Notes under the pieces: generated by a model
Told to the model about the DNA's origin: nothing
The model's input: only the letters and a program-made list of their open reading frames with translations
The model's database searches: none
Translations under genes and position numbers: made by a program
Source of the DNA: Aplysia californica
Taxonomy: Eukaryota
Direction: 5' to 3'
Length of the DNA: 64,000 bases
NCBI RefSeq assembly: GCF_000002075.1
Contig: NW_004797557.1
Location: forward strand, 554,989-618,988
In this document: positions 1 to 13,729 of the stretch, piece by piece
How the letters are laid out: each line of letters begins with the position of its first letter
How positions within the stretch are numbered: the stretch's first letter is position 1

Positions 1-53
<53 letters not shown>

Positions 54-54
54 C
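1..54. repeat. (CAT)n microsatellite
   Basis: Perfect CAT repeats from the window start. Confidence 0.95.
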
Positions 55-179
55 GATTTTTGAATAGTAGCGCACATCTCTACTCCTAGCACAATGCCGT
101 AAGACCCCCTCCTCCCCTCTCACGACCCCCGACCCCACTCACACTACCACCACTACAACCACCGCCATGACCACCACCA

Positions 180-272
180 CTGCTACCTACTTACTCTACT
201 TTATGATTCCTCTTGTACATCTAGGGCGTTGAGGGGAGAAAGAGCTCCCTGTCTCTAGCAAATCTGGATCGG

Positions 273-357
<85 letters not shown>

Positions 358-840
358 TCTAGCAAGTTTGATGGCCTGGCTGGGATGGATATTGTGTGTT
401 CTCAGGGTATCCTTCACACCCTGGATCCAGGTCTTTCTTGGTCTTCCTCTTGCCTTGCACCCTGATACTTTCCTGTTGTAGGCTTTACTGGCAAGCTGGT
501 GAGGTGCCTTACGTATGAGATGTCCAAACCACCTGATTGTTTGCCTTCGAATATTTTGAAGGACAGGTGTTGTTCCCGCCATTTCTCTGATCTTGTTGTT
601 TCTGACCCTGTCCCGACTGATTTTATTCACGGCTCTCCTTAGACATCTCATCCCGTAGAAGGTTATCTTACGTTCCCGACTTTTGGTCAGGGTCCATGTC
701 TGGCACAGGTAGGTCAAGGTGGGGATTAGGATAGAGTTAATGAGCTTGGCTTTGGTCTCAATGGGGATGGGATGTTAGGATGTTTGAGGAGTAGGGCAAG
801 CTGGTAGCTGACGCTGTTAGCCTTTTGTACTCTCGTCCCA
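180..840 (-). mobile_element. 5'-truncated RTE-like LINE, 3' end of RT ORF, interrupted by (GA)n at 277-355
   Basis: ORF 196..717: TYLCQTW...MRCLR...IRWFGHLIR...RGRPRKTW, the typical RTE ORF C-terminus. Confidence 0.85.
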
Positions 841-844
841 ATTA

Positions 845-2130
845 CTACCTTCTTTCTTTTTTTCTTCTTTTTCCTTCCTCTGGTATCCTTAAGATGTCGA
901 GGGGAGGTGCATGTTTCGGTCCTGTGCTAGGTGTGTAGTGTCTGCGATAGATATGTTATGTTGTTCCAGGACCTTTTTAACCCCATCCAGCCAGGTCTTT
1001 CTTGGTCTCCCTCTTGATTCAATGCCGGATTCTCGGGTGTTGTAAGCTCTAGCCGCTAGATCTAGTTGTTTGTGGGGCATTCTGATTAAATGTCGAAACA
1101 ATATGACTCTCTGACGTTCTATTAATTTCATTACTGGTGGTATTGCAGTTTGTGGACGTATGGTGGTGACGTTGATGGTTTTGCGAAGACACCTCGTTTC
1201 GCATGCATTGATTTTTCTTTCTTGTGCCTTGTTTAGAGACCATGTCTGGCACTGGTATGTTAATGTTGGTATGAAGATGCTGTTGATGAACTGGGATTTC
1301 ACTTCGATCGGGATGTTCTGGTGACTGAGCAGGGGTGCTAGCTGGTATGTCACTGCATTTGCTTTCATAGTTCTTGTTTCTATTTCTTAGTCCATACGCC
1401 CGTCTTGGATGCTTCCCTAATATTTGAATTCCTCTATTTGTTGGAGTTGTGTTCCATCAATAAGAATGTTGAGTTTCCCTGGGTTTCTGCTGACCTTCAT
1501 AACTTCTGTTTTTGAGATGGACATTTTCATGTTCAGGTGTTTACATTCCTCATTTAGTATTGTGGTGTGTTTTTGTAATTCCTCTTCATCTGTATTTAAT
1601 ATACTCTAGTCATCAGCAAATAGAAGTTTGTTCAGTTCAGTGATGTTGTCATTTGCTGCTTTCGTGATCATATCAATGTAAGAGATGAAGAGAAGCGGAG
1701 AGAGAACACACCCTTGTCTCACCCCAGACCTGATGGGTAACTAGTCCGATAGTCCTTCTGTTGATCTTACGGCACACAGGCTGTTTTTATGAAGTGCCAT
1801 GATCTTCTCCCACAAATGTCCTCTTACACCATATTCCTCTTAAACTTCCCAAAGTTGAAATCTATCTACCCGGTCGAACGCCTTTTCCTGATCCACGAAG
1901 ACGATAGTGAGGTCTTTGTCATGTGCAATGGCAGTCTCACACAACTGTCTTAATGGCGAAAATAACGTCAGTACAACCCCTGCCTTTTCTGAAGCCAAAC
2001 TGGGATTCACTGAGTTGAGTCTCTACTATTCGTCTCATTCTCATTTCTAGTATTTTGGCAAGCATTTTGCCGCATGGCTGATAAGGGATATTCTTCTGTA
2101 GGTTCCACAGTCTTTTTTTGTTGTTGTTAC
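845..2130 (-). mobile_element. Degenerate RTE-like LINE (RT domain and C-terminus), same family as 180-840 and 40840-42290
   Basis: Minus-strand fragments YRRISLISH, QFGFRKGRGCTD, RQGCVLSPLLF, LFADD, IPTLTYQCQTW, RGRPRKTWLD, with stops and frameshifts. Confidence 0.9.
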
Positions 2131-2499
2131 CTTTCTTTTTCCAAATGGGTACAATAACCGCTCGTTGCCAGTCACAGGGTGTTGCTTTTGTTGCCCAGGC
2201 CTGGTTAAATATCCTCCATAGCCAGAGTTCACCGATATGGCTCCATTACTACCAGCAGCATTAATTACTATCTTCAGTTTGAGTTTTATATTTTCCCATT
2301 GCAGAAGCCCCTGATAAAGACTGTGAAACAACAGAAAGACTAGGGCCACTTGAGCAGAGCTTGAAAACCTTGCCCCCAAGGTATGTACGTGGGATCAGAA
2401 GAACCGTGTCAGAGCCGACGCGAAGTTTGAACAAATCCTTGTCGGAAGCTTTGAAGGATGAGATCGGGTGTATGATTCGCTTTAGACGTTTCACCGCAG

Positions 2500-2543
2500 G
2501 TTATGAGGAATTCGAGGAGGAAGACAAACCCAGAAAGAATATC
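2500..2543 (+). CDS. bZIP gene, putative upstream exon (YEEFEEEDKPRKNI)
   Basis: cgcag| acceptor, |gtaagt donor, ends in phase 0, compatible with the next exon. Confidence 0.55.
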
Positions 2544-3762
2544 GTAAGTTTTTCGGGACATTGTCATTGAGGTAACCTGAGCCGTGAAACGTTACGTCTG
2601 ACCGATAATCTTTTCCTGACGGGCATGAGATCTGTAGTTACTTCTTGTGTGTTTTTGTAGACAAAATGGTGTATTTACAACATGTCTGCACAATGTATTT
2701 TAATACCGTAATCGATTCACGGCACAATCTCAGAGTCAGAGTGTTCTTGAATAGATCAGTCTATCCTTTGAAAAGGGGCTCCAGATATTTCCCAGTGTTA
2801 CATGCTATTATTTTCATGTCCGATAAAAAGAAAGTAACCGGAAGAAGATAATAGACATGCAGACAGGGAGACATTGGCTGCACATTGACAGTCAGCCAGC
2901 CAGCCAGCCAGACAGCCAGCCAGACAGGCAGACAGACACACACACAAACAGACAGACCAATAGATAGGCACGCACACACGCATACAAATACACACACACA
3001 TACACATAGTAGACACACACATTCACACACGCATACACATACATACACACACTGCTTAGATTAACAGCCCGCCTCCTAAGTGATCTAAATGTTGTCTTTG
3101 GGGGCATAAAACTTCTACAATTATGATTATAATAGTACTTCTCTCTCTCTTTTCCCCCCTTTCTCTCTCTCTCTCTCTCTCTCTCTNNNNNNNNNNNNNN
3201 NNNNNNNNNNNNNNNNNNNNNNNNNNNNNNNNNNNNNNNNNNNNNNNNNNNNNNNNNNNNNNNNNNNNNNNNNNNNNNNNNNNNNNNNNNNNNNNNNNNN
3301 NNNNNNNNNNNNNNNNNNNNNNNNNNNNNNNNNNNNNNNNNNNNNNNNNNNNNNNNNNNNNNNNNNNNNNNNNNNNNNNNNNNNNNNNNNNNNNNNNNNN
3401 NNNNNNNNNNNNNNNNNNNNNNNNNNNNNNNNNNNNNNNNNNNNNNNNNNNNNNNNNNNNNNNNNNNNNNNNNNNNNNNNNNNNNNNNNNNNNNNNNNNN
3501 NNNNNNNNNNNNNNNNNNNNNNNNNNNNNNNNNNNNNNNNNNNNNNNNNNNNNNNNNNNNNNNNNNNNNNNNNNNNNNNNNNNNNNNNNNNNNNNNNNNN
3601 NNNNNNNNNNNNNNNNNNNNNNNNNNNNNNNNNNNNNNNNNNNNNNNNNNNNNNNNNNNNNNNNNNNNNNNNNNNNNNNNNNNNNNNNNNNNNNNNNNNN
3701 NNNNNNNNNNNNNNNNNNNNNNNNNNNNNNNNNNNNNNNNNNNNNNNNNNNNNNNNNNNNNN

Positions 3763-3816
<54 letters not shown>

Positions 3817-4155
3817 CTACTGACCCATAAGAAACCGGCGTCCACCCCACTCTCCTTCCGTACAGCTAACCATGGAAGACATTCGGCGGCGAGAGCTCGT
3901 GCGACAGAGGAACAAAAAACATGCCAAGGCCTCACGTGAACGATTCCACCAGCTTTTGGAGGATCTCAAAGAAGTGGGAACGCAAATACATGTGTTCAAC
4001 GTTGTTTGTTTTTGGTTTCATCTGTTTATTCCGGCAGTTGAAAAAAAAATTACATAATATAACACACCAGCAGGACATACATTTAATTTTCTACCGAGGA
4101 TATGTCAATCATGCAGACACTAAAGCAGGATGACAAACAGATAGACATGCATACT

Positions 4156-4214
<59 letters not shown>

Positions 4215-5736
4215 AGGCGCACACACACACACATACACAAGATCCAAGGACAAAATATTTCCACATTTTTAGAGCTGAATTTAATCTGTACGATCGACGA
4301 ATTTGAATAATTGACAGCCTCTGAAACCAGAGTAAAATGCATAACAACCGCTCGGTGTAAAGGTGTAGACAGAGTAGAGTCTCCTTTCTGGAGCTAGCCC
4401 CAGGCCTCTCCACTCCCCTTTTGGGGAGAGCAAGGGGAGAGGAAAGTCGGCGACAGAGTGAAGGCCTCTCCCCTCCCCCTACGTCCCCTATGAAGGGGTG
4501 ACATCTTCACTTTTTTTAAATCAGTGTTCGTGATTGTTATTACATTTTCTCAATGTAACAATATTTTCGAGGCTGGCCTAGCCCTGTCTGTGCAAGATGG
4601 ACGAAGAAATAATTATATTTCAGTGGATGGTTTTATATTGGTTAAGAAAAGAAAGCCTGAACAGACACCGTTACTGGGTTCACAAAATATACAAACGTCG
4701 TAGTAAGTATGGTGACTATCATCATTTAATGGAGCAAGTCCTTTCGGAAGAGGAAAAATATCTGTCATTTATATTGTAAGGATGATACCATCTACGTTTC
4801 AACTTCTCCTTTTGTATCGTGTGCAAGTGAGTACTCACACCGAGTGGGGGTCTTTGGTGACTGAAGGTGCGAGAAATTTTAGTGCTGCGTTAAATTTCAG
4901 TCACCAACCTTTTGGGGGCTTGGAGGGGACTCGCCTCAAAAAGGGGAGTGAGAGGTTGGTGACTCTACTCTGTCGCTTGCAACGCTTTCCCTGTAAACCA
5001 AACTTGCTGCTCCCCAAATTGGGGCCAGACGTGGAAAAGGAGCGGGGAATGTGACTCCACTCTGTCTGCACTTTAAGACTCCACCAGACGCCATTTTGAA
5101 AAGTGACATTTGACAGAGTCGTATACTGAGCAGTTGATAATATATAAGTTATATTCAATAGTATTCATTTCTAAAAAGAATATTTGAGCGCAATGTGAAT
5201 GTGCAACTTTATCTAACTAAGAGAGCTTGGCGATGTTTAACGTACTAGGGGTTTCCAATTTTTCAAATGCCGATGTGAATTTCTATTTGTTCTTCATTAT
5301 TCTTTTGTTTTGTCCCCTATAGAGACAATTGGACCTCGAGGCGGAAAATAACAGTCTACGCGCTGACGTCCAAAATCTTAAGTCCAGAAAAGAAATAATG
5401 TTGGAAACATTGCGGGGATTCGTGTCTGATGATCCCCTCAGCAAGCCTGTTGTTAGTTCCAACAGCCCTGGACATGGAAAGAAACATTATTTGTCTACAA
5501 ACCGCTGTTTTTCTGTCTTGACGCACTCACCAACAAGAAAATCCCAACAATGGCCCAACACATTCCCCAGGCAGAAGTTCTCTGTGACCAGAAAAGTAGA
5601 GGATTGGCTGCAGGCTCAGGCAACACTTCCGTCCACAAGTAAACAGAACCCAGAAGAACTGCTATGTTGTCCCACAAGCTCCGGAAAACGGGATCCAGTA
5701 AAATCGAAAACAAGTGGCATGGTTTGTATGTTTTAA
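2500..5736 (+). CDS. Divergent Fos/ATF3/BATF-like bZIP transcription factor (partial; 5' exons upstream of the window or not found)
   Basis: Exons 2500-2543, 3866-3973 and 5323-5736 (or donor after 5721) join in frame with AG/GT ends. Basic region RRELVRQRNKKHAKASR (N-x7-R) is followed by L-x6 heptads (L..L..L..L..M). Confidence 0.75.
3187..3761. other. Assembly gap flanked by (CT)n and (CA)n
   Basis: N run. Confidence 0.99.
3866..3973 (+). CDS. bZIP gene, basic-region exon (108 nt, phase 0/0)
   Basis: LTMEDIRRRELVRQRNKKHAKASRERFHQLLEDLKE; tacag| and |gtggga; same 36-codon size as the Fos/ATF3 basic-region exon. Confidence 0.8.
4361..5073 (+). mobile_element. PIF/Harbinger deletion derivative in a bZIP intron
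   Basis: TIR AGGTGTAGACAGAGTAGAGTC / GACTCCACTCTGTCTGCACTT; TAA TSD (4358-4360, 5074-5076); internal RYWVHKIYKRR..GDYHHL...(R)MIPSTFQLLL resembles a Harbinger transposase N-terminus. Confidence 0.8.
5323..5736 (+). CDS. bZIP gene, leucine-zipper and C-terminal exon
   Basis: Polypyrimidine tract plus ctatag| acceptor; RQLDLEAENNSLRADVQNLKSRKEIMLETL continues the heptads; stop at 5736 unless spliced at 5721. Confidence 0.75.
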   Translation, partial: RQLDLEAENNSLRADVQNLKSRKEIMLETLRGFVSDDPLSKPVVSSNSPGHGKKHYLSTNRCFSVLTHSPTRKSQQWPNTFPRQKFSVTRKVEDWLQAQATLPSTSKQNPEELLCCPTSSGKRDPVKSKTSGMVCMF

Positions 5737-5834
5737 AGTGTACACTTTACCTTACTTTCTTTTGGTGTTTTCTGTAGTTCATAAACCGTTGAAAAATAGT
5801 TAAAAGGGGTGCTTGATTCAAGTTAACACACACA

Positions 5835-5880
<46 letters not shown>

Positions 5881-6785
5881 CCGGATGCATATTACGTTAA
5901 TCAGGCTCATCGTCTCGTATAATATGCTTGTTGATTTACCAGTTAATTATATGCCTTCGCTAACTCTATATCCCAGAATCCCAGACTGCATATCGATGGT
6001 GTTGTGCAATAAACGTGTAACTGTCTTTTTTAACATTTTTTGACACGCAACTAAATCCCAGTGAATTTAGATGGTGACAGAAGACAATTTAGTCGACAGT
6101 AGCCTACTCTTATGTAAGCTTATTATACTATTTTTAGAGCTTGCCGACTCCTGATTTTTATTGCGCACACAGAAATGGGCAGTGACAATATGGTTATAGA
6201 ACAAACAAACAAAAAACCAAATGCCAAAAACAACCCCCCCCAAAAAAACAAAAAACAAACACCATCCCCAAAACAAACAAACAAACAAACAAGCAAACAA
6301 CAACCAGCAGCGACAAATGAACTGACCTGTAACTTGGAACTTTTTCGTTAGAGCATTACATCACAGCATGAGACATGCTGATCAACAGACACAAAAATGA
6401 GATACTGCTCGGATTTTAGCCCTTATTTAGACATAGGCACGTCAAATTTATCGGTTGCTATTATTATATGAAATGATTTAAAAAAGACATGTTTATGTTG
6501 AAGAAAATGGCATCAGTTTAAAATCTATTCGATATTTGAGTCATGTATCTCTATTCGAAGGTTGCGAGATGCAACTCATTTTGTCTGCCCACCTCAACTG
6601 ATTTAATATTACCCGAAAGATGAAGATTGTCCTTAGGGAGAAAAAAGTAAATTGTTTGATCTGCACAGACATTCGTATTTGTCTTTTCCTCTGGTCACTA
6701 ATAGAACGAATTATTTACCTATAAAGTCTCCATCTGTTATGTCTGTCTGTCAGTCTGATTATCAATTATCGTCTCCTGCGCTCTC

Positions 6786-7156
6786 NNNNNNNNNNNNNNN
6801 NNNNNNNNNNNNNNNNNNNNNNNNNNNNNNNNNNNNNNNNNNNNNNNNNNNNNNNNNNNNNNNNNNNNNNNNNNNNNNNNNNNNNNNNNNNNNNNNNNNN
6901 NNNNNNNNNNNNNNNNNNNNNNNNNNNNNNNNNNNNNNNNNNNNNNNNNNNNNNNNNNNNNNNNNNNNNNNNNNNNNNNNNNNNNNNNNNNNNNNNNNNN
7001 NNNNNNNNNNNNNNNNNNNNNNNNNNNNNNNNNNNNNNNNNNNNNNNNNNNNNNNNNNNNNNNNNNNNNNNNNNNNNNNNNNNNNNNNNNNNNNNNNNNN
7101 NNNNNNNNNNNNNNNNNNNNNNNNNNNNNNNNNNNNNNNNNNNNNNNNNNNNNNNN
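6786..7156. other. Assembly gap
   Basis: N run. Confidence 0.99.
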
Positions 7157-8050
7157 AGACATCGGCGATCATGATTTTCCATTCATTCCTTTGCTCGGAT
7201 GCTCTCACAAAAGCTACGTTTCCCTGATTTTTCCCTGTTACCCATTTGTTTAGGTTCCCTAACTATGTTGTTCTGGGCCTACCCCTGCCTCGCTTGCCCT
7301 CAATTTTGCCAGTGAGAGCTAGATGTTCAAGACCCTTATGTCTATTCAGGTGTCCCAAAAACTGCGTTTGTCGTTTCCTGATTGTTTTTAACATTGAGCG
7401 TCCCACGTGGGCTTCATCAAGCACTACCTCATTTGATTTCTTTTCCTTCCACGATACTCTTAGCAGTCTCCTAAGAAACCACATTTCTGTTGCCTCTATT
7501 TTCACTGTCTTTAGTGATTGTCCAGCATTCACAGCCATATAGAAGGGTTGACCAAACATAGCATTTCAGGACTTTCATTTTGGTGTTCATTGATATGTTT
7601 CTATTTTTCAGGATTGGGCTCATTTTATTGAAACTAGCCTTAGCCATTGCAGTTCTCCTTTTTATTTCTGCGGAAGATTTGGCATCAGATGTTATCATAT
7701 ATTCTAGATATTTAAACTGTTGGACTTGTTTGATCTTTTCACCTTTGCTAATGAGATTACAACTAGGATTTGCTGCTTTTTTAATATTACCATGCATTCT
7801 GTTTTCTTTACATTCAACAATAATCCTTTATGTTCACTTTCTTTTACAACAGTATCTAGAAGCATTTGAAGGTCCTTTTCGGAGCCTGCTATTAAAACCG
7901 TGTCATCTGCATACCTGATGTTATTAATATTTTCTCCATTAACTTTGAGGCCTGGACATTCTTCTATGTTTCTAAGGATTGTTTCACTGTACATGTTAAA
8001 GAGGTCTGGTGACATAACACATCCTTGCCTCACTCCTCGCCTAATCTGCT
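7157..8050 (-). mobile_element. RTE (BovB-like) LINE 3' fragment
   Basis: [50 protein letters not shown], with frameshifts. Confidence 0.92.
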
Positions 8051-9232
8051 TATATTATATGTATATATATATATACATTGACCAAGCTAAAGACCTTGCA
8101 TGCTGTTGATAGGCGGTCCATCATTGTAGGGTTGATTCACAGTGTCAGCTAGTGCATACAAATGAAAAGAAACTCTCATATTATTTTTTAAGACTATTTG
8201 TGTTCGGTGTTCTTTCCTCTTTCGAAATAAGGCAAATTTTTTTTACACCGAGGGCAATTAATTAATAATCTTTTTGGAAAACGACAACAAGGTCTAGATT
8301 TCTATGTGTTGATCGTACACAAACCCCTTGACCAGGAGAAACGGAAATGACCGCGAATCTCCTTAGAGGGGAGGTCACGCTCTTTATTTTGACAGTAGGA
8401 AAAATGATAAAATGACCCCCCAAAAAGCTGTGACAGTAACCAAAAAATACAAAGTGAAAACCAGAACTCACCATTTTGTTCTTAAAAATAAAACAATTTT
8501 TGCCTGTAGTGTAGTCTCAACAGAAAGGCCAATCTTTATTATTTCTTCGCAGTGAAATCTGCGCTCCTGGTCAACAGAAACATTTCGTTGTGAGGCGCCC
8601 CCCTCTCCTTTTCCTCTTTCCTTCCGTTTTGCGCTCCAGCTGGAACTGTGCACCCGAGTGAGGCAAAGTGTCGATTTCGACTGAAATTCTTGCCATTTCT
8701 CTCTCAAATAGTGTTAAATAATAAAAAGAAATCTACATATTGTCTTCTGCTGTTTTTTTTCTTTCGAAACATGGTACTCTTTTGTTACGCTGGAAGCATT
8801 TAATGAATAATACTTTGGGCAAACAACGAAAGGGTCCGTAGGTAGATCGTCGCGCTCAGCCTGGCACTGGCAAAACGATTTGCTCGTGGAGGGGGGGGGG
8901 GGGTGTGGCTAGATTATTCAGATAACGATACAAACCGCTTGTCCATAAAAAAAAAGGAAATGATCGTATCCATTGACCATGAAAAAGGGGTGATCTGCTC
9001 TCTCCTTAGATAGTAGACGAAGTGGAAAAGCGGGAGAAAACACCGAGTCAACAGCCAAAATGACAACTGGAAACACGCCCCCCCAAAAATAATAATCTCA
9101 AGTTAACTTTCTTAACAAGAAAAAAAATTCCGTGTCGTATCAACAGAAAGCTTTGTCTTTTTCCTCCACACTGATGTACAGTATATATACGGAATCTGTG
9201 CTTTCCTGGTCAAGCGAAATGTTTCGTTGAAA

Positions 9233-9332
9233 NNNNNNNNNNNNNNNNNNNNNNNNNNNNNNNNNNNNNNNNNNNNNNNNNNNNNNNNNNNNNNNNNNNN
9301 NNNNNNNNNNNNNNNNNNNNNNNNNNNNNNNN
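9233..9332. other. Assembly gap (100 N, probably unknown size)
   Basis: N run. Confidence 0.99.
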
Positions 9333-11770
9333 CCCCCCCCACCCGTTTTCTCTCATCCTTTTCTGCGCACAAGCTGGCCAACTGACGACCGCATAATCGG
9401 ACGAAAGTTCAAAAAGAGGATGTCTCCGCTAGATCTCGTAGACAGCCTAATGAGAGTACATCTTGCTCTGTTCTTTGTAAAGAGACCCTAATAATGTCCT
9501 TAACTTCAAGAAAATGTAATAAATGAGTATATGGAGTCATTGCATGATTGTATGACTGTTCAATTTCCCGCTTTTTGTAGTCTGCGTACTGCCTGGAATT
9601 TTCTACGTTTTGAATGAATTTGAATCGTGATAACTGTTTCATGCATTGCCCAAATTCAATTATTTAGATGGTGAATGTAATAGTTTTTACAACTCTTTTT
9701 GATCGAATAATAGCCTACACTTTCAAACGCTTTGACATTGTATTATAATGCTGAATCTTAATATCGTCTTTCACACATGGCGTCACGCGACCTAAATGTG
9801 GCCGTGCAGTGAGTGGAAACCCCGGATGTACGTACGTACTAGGTCAAGTAGGTTTTGAAGGTGGTGAACCTAAAGTTTACTTTTACCAAAATGTCATTTC
9901 CTTGTAGGTTGTTGGTTTTGGCTTCTTATTTTTCGTATGTGACAGATTTAAGGCAAACCATCCCCATTTTCTAGAGTCAAATACAAACTCATGTTCTGCA
10001 TACTACATACATCAGCACGTGAATCGCTTCTGGTTCTCTTTTTGTAACCTGACACAGTGTCCATGTTACCTCCCGCTTCAGCTTCAGAGATAGGGCAAAA
10101 GTAAATTTGGACCCCTTATTCTTAAAAGCGTTGTTTCGCATGATGTCATGGAAACCCAAACATAAGACAAGGAATATGTCTAATTATTATCTCATTGATG
10201 TAACCCGACTGAGAGTGAGTCTCCAAATGTGCGCAATAGGTCAAGTAAGTTTTAAATTGGGGCCCTTTTAAAAAAAATCCAACGATCTTCTCTTTACACT
10301 TTTAACAGCACTTTTCTTTGCCTTTAGTCTGTACTCACACAGCTCTAAACGAGGAGTCTTCTTTCACTGAGACAGTGTTGGTTACATTGCCAGCATGTAG
10401 TAAAAGACCTGAACTAAATCTACATATTATGTACATTATGTATAATGCTGCTTCTGGGTATACTTCAAGTTCAAACACCATGTTATATGTGTTGTAGCAA
10501 TTTGGATTTTGTTTTAGGTTTTCCTCTCAGGTTTAATTCCAAACCTGATTTTCATTCCTTCCCCTTTGTCCTTCAGTGTTCACAATGTGTTTTGTCAGGT
10601 TCGCCATTTGCACCAGAAGTGCAAAGGCTTTAGATCTCTATAAGATGTCTGTTTTTGTAAGTGGTAGATCTTATACTTAAACGCTTGGAAGAGACACTCG
10701 TGTGAAGTCAAATACAGTTGAAATTATGTAAAACATTTTTATCGAAAATAGGAAAGTATTTCTGGTAGAGTCTACGGTCTAGCATGCTCATAGAGAAATC
10801 GTCGAGAAGCAGAGATTTTTTCGTCATGTACGAATTTTACTATTGATGAGCTTTAAAATATATAGACTATAAAGATGTATATCAAGAATCCTATATGAAA
10901 AGATGCAAGACCTGAAAGTCTGTTCTTTGTGAACATGTTCATTATGTTGTCCTAATCTGTATTTTTATTCCTATCCTCTCAGAATAAAAAAGCAACATTC
11001 TTCGTTTATTGGACTGCCATCAGTACGTTAACTCGGGTCCAGTCTCTCGAGTATCTAAAAATTTTCAGTACTTTCCTAAGAGAATTTTTTTTCAAGGGAA
11101 ATGAAAGACACGAACAGTTTGATACATGTATTTAGCTGCATATTATAGTCTTTATTGTTATTATTTTTAAAATTATAAATATTTTAGGCTCATTGATTTG
11201 GTTTAGATCAATAAGAACGCAGATTGCGTTAACTGCCAGTCATCTAGTTCCAAACCTGACTGAATGGGATAGAGCATCTCAGCAGACACGATCAGTGAAA
11301 TAGAAAGTTCTCTCCGCGTTACCAAACTTACTTTCAGACTAGTTCTGTACGTGCAATGGCGAGGTACCTAACCAAGGCCACACTGGCCATGCACTGTGTA
11401 ATGTTTCATCACTTTGTGCCACAACGCAAATGACGTCAACTGCATCAGTTCAATTCTTTCTTTTTTTTTTTTACTTTCCGGCGCAGCCACGCAAAGATGG
11501 GAGTAAACTTTATTAGCAAATCAAAGCACAGCATACACAGCAGTTTCCCAACCGAATATATGCCTTACAAAAAATGAAGTCCTTAATCTATATCCAGGTC
11601 TTTTCAGCAAAATCGTGAAAGTACATTACTTATTAATTTTCTGTTGAGGAGAAAAAACACACTTAATGTGCACAATCACAGAGAATTGCGCTGTTATGCA
11701 ACGGCTTACTCAATAAGCCGCCCTTCCGAGCGGAAGACACGGTAAATTGCGCAGGTTTTTGAGCTTGCTA

Positions 11771-13729
11771 GGGAGAGTGGGGAGAAGTGGGCCACCGTGG
11801 GAAGAGTTTTTTAAAAACCGAAACAACTAAAAAATGAAGAAACAAAGAACAGAATGCGTTATATCAATCTACACAACTTTTATTGTGTTTAAAAACCAGT
11901 TGTAAGAGATAGAATGAAATTGGTTTTATAGAGTGCTGAAGTCAACATTACAAGTGGAGAGAAGAGGGCCATGGGTGGGGAGAACTGCCCCCCCCCCCTC
12001 CCTGTGGGGAGAAAAGGGCCCCCTGGGGAGAAGAGGGCCACAGGTGACATCTTTTACCAGAGCTATCGGAACCTTAACAAAAAACCCCAATAAATTCCCC
12101 ACAACGGCACAAATATGGAATTTAACGCAAATTAAGACCACCAAAGTGTCCAAAGTCAACCTAGATACGGATGTCACCTCTATGGTTCTTACAATAGTGC
12201 CTCTGAATTCAGAATGTGGGTGGGGGTAAAATGGCTCTAATTGAGTCAATGTGGACTGAAGAAATATCTTCCACTGCTGGTTTTACAAAGTGTAGGCTCT
12301 TTTTGCCCTTTCTTCTAAAAAAAAAAAAATCAACCCCAACATCACCTTCGTTTCTTTCTTTGTCAACAACCTCAACATAGTAAAACTGGGTGACTTTTGT
12401 TGAGAACTCACACACCACGCCACGCTCTGCTGATGTTATCTGGCCCAACTGCTCAGTAGGCCATCGCGAGGTCCAATGACTTTTGGGACTTTGTGAACTG
12501 TTATGATTCATGTTTCGTCTAGATTGAGTATCTGAGCTCCACAGACACCCAGGTCACAATCTAGAAAGAGCCTGCAGCAAGTTGAAAAATGTTCCCACAG
12601 AATGTCATTTGAAAGCTGTGGCTCTTGTCAATGAGGTACAAGTAGCCACTGGTTGTCGCAGACTGAGTAGCGGATGCCCTGCATCATCCCACGAAGATGA
12701 GTACGAAAGGTCTTCGGTGATCTGCAACAGCGACTTCATAGTCGAGTTTTCAGTAGTTAGCAGTTGTCAAACCGTAGGATCTTTTGGCACTTTTCAACAT
12801 GTACTGCGTCAATTCATCCTCTTGTTCTACTGTAAATAATTGACTGTGACGATAGTTAGGACACAATTCAACATCACCTTGTAGAGCTTTCTTCACATTG
12901 CTTTTAAGGGTAGTGCGAGCAATGCAGCGAAGGCATATGTGACTTCCCTCAAAGGAGCCCTATTTCTGATAGCTGCCACTGCATTGTTCAATGTATCAGG
13001 TAAGGCTGTGCCTATGCCGGTCTTCCTTTGATACGTAGCATTGTCCCTAGAGATTGAACGGAAAACAGAAGAATAAATCATTTAATGCGTGTCTTCGGGA
13101 CGCTGGTTCGTGCCGAAACACTTGCAGGAAGCGGGTACATGTACAGTGTCACACAGAGCATCAGTGAGGGGAAAACTCTGGAATGGTAAACTACTGTAAA
13201 ACTACCCCAAGGTTTGTTTTAAAAGTCAACATCTAGATTTAGATCTAAGCCTCTATCTTTGCCTTATATTCTAACAAATTAGATATTATGTCTAAAATAG
13301 CATGGAAATATGTTGAAGATTATTTTTCTACAACTGGGGAAAACTGGGCCCATGGTGGCCCACTTCTCCGCATTGGTAGTCTAATAACTATTATTCAAAT
13401 GTGTGTTTTCTTAATTAAACTGGCAGTTAAAACACGCAGAACACATGAAAATAAGTAATTATTTTAGATAAGTTCTTTAACTATTGTTACACTTACCCAA
13501 TCTGTTTTGCTCCTCTTTGTGGTAAAGTTGCGAGTTTCAAAAATCGAATATTTCAAGTTTTTCTTGATGAAAACGTCTTTTCCGCTCCATTCACTCAAAC
13601 CGGCCAGAAAAAGAAAGGAAGTTGCTTCCTTGCGCTGGAAACAATTTTTTACATGTTTTTTTCTTGCAAAATTGCTCTAGACATCTAGATTTTGGCTCTT
13701 CAGGGGGTGGCCCACTTCTCACTCTCCCC
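11771..13729 (-). mobile_element. Degenerate pogo-family (Tc1/mariner superfamily) DNA transposon
   Basis: TIR GGGAGAGTGGGGAGAAGTGGGCCACC / GGTGGCCCACTTCTCACTCTCCCC, TA TSD; subterminal TIR-like repeats at 11955-12040; transposase relics YQRKT..LNNAVAAIR..LRE (psq-type HTH) and QLGQITSAERG. Confidence 0.8.

Noticed and set aside
2761-3935. Long ORFs of VC/HT/ER repeats and X runs (also 6652-7227)
   Set aside because: Artefacts of microsatellites and N gaps
6071-6113. Possible extra bZIP exon (ttag|ATG...|gtaagc)
   Set aside because: Weak pyrimidine tract, no homology support and no downstream exon found
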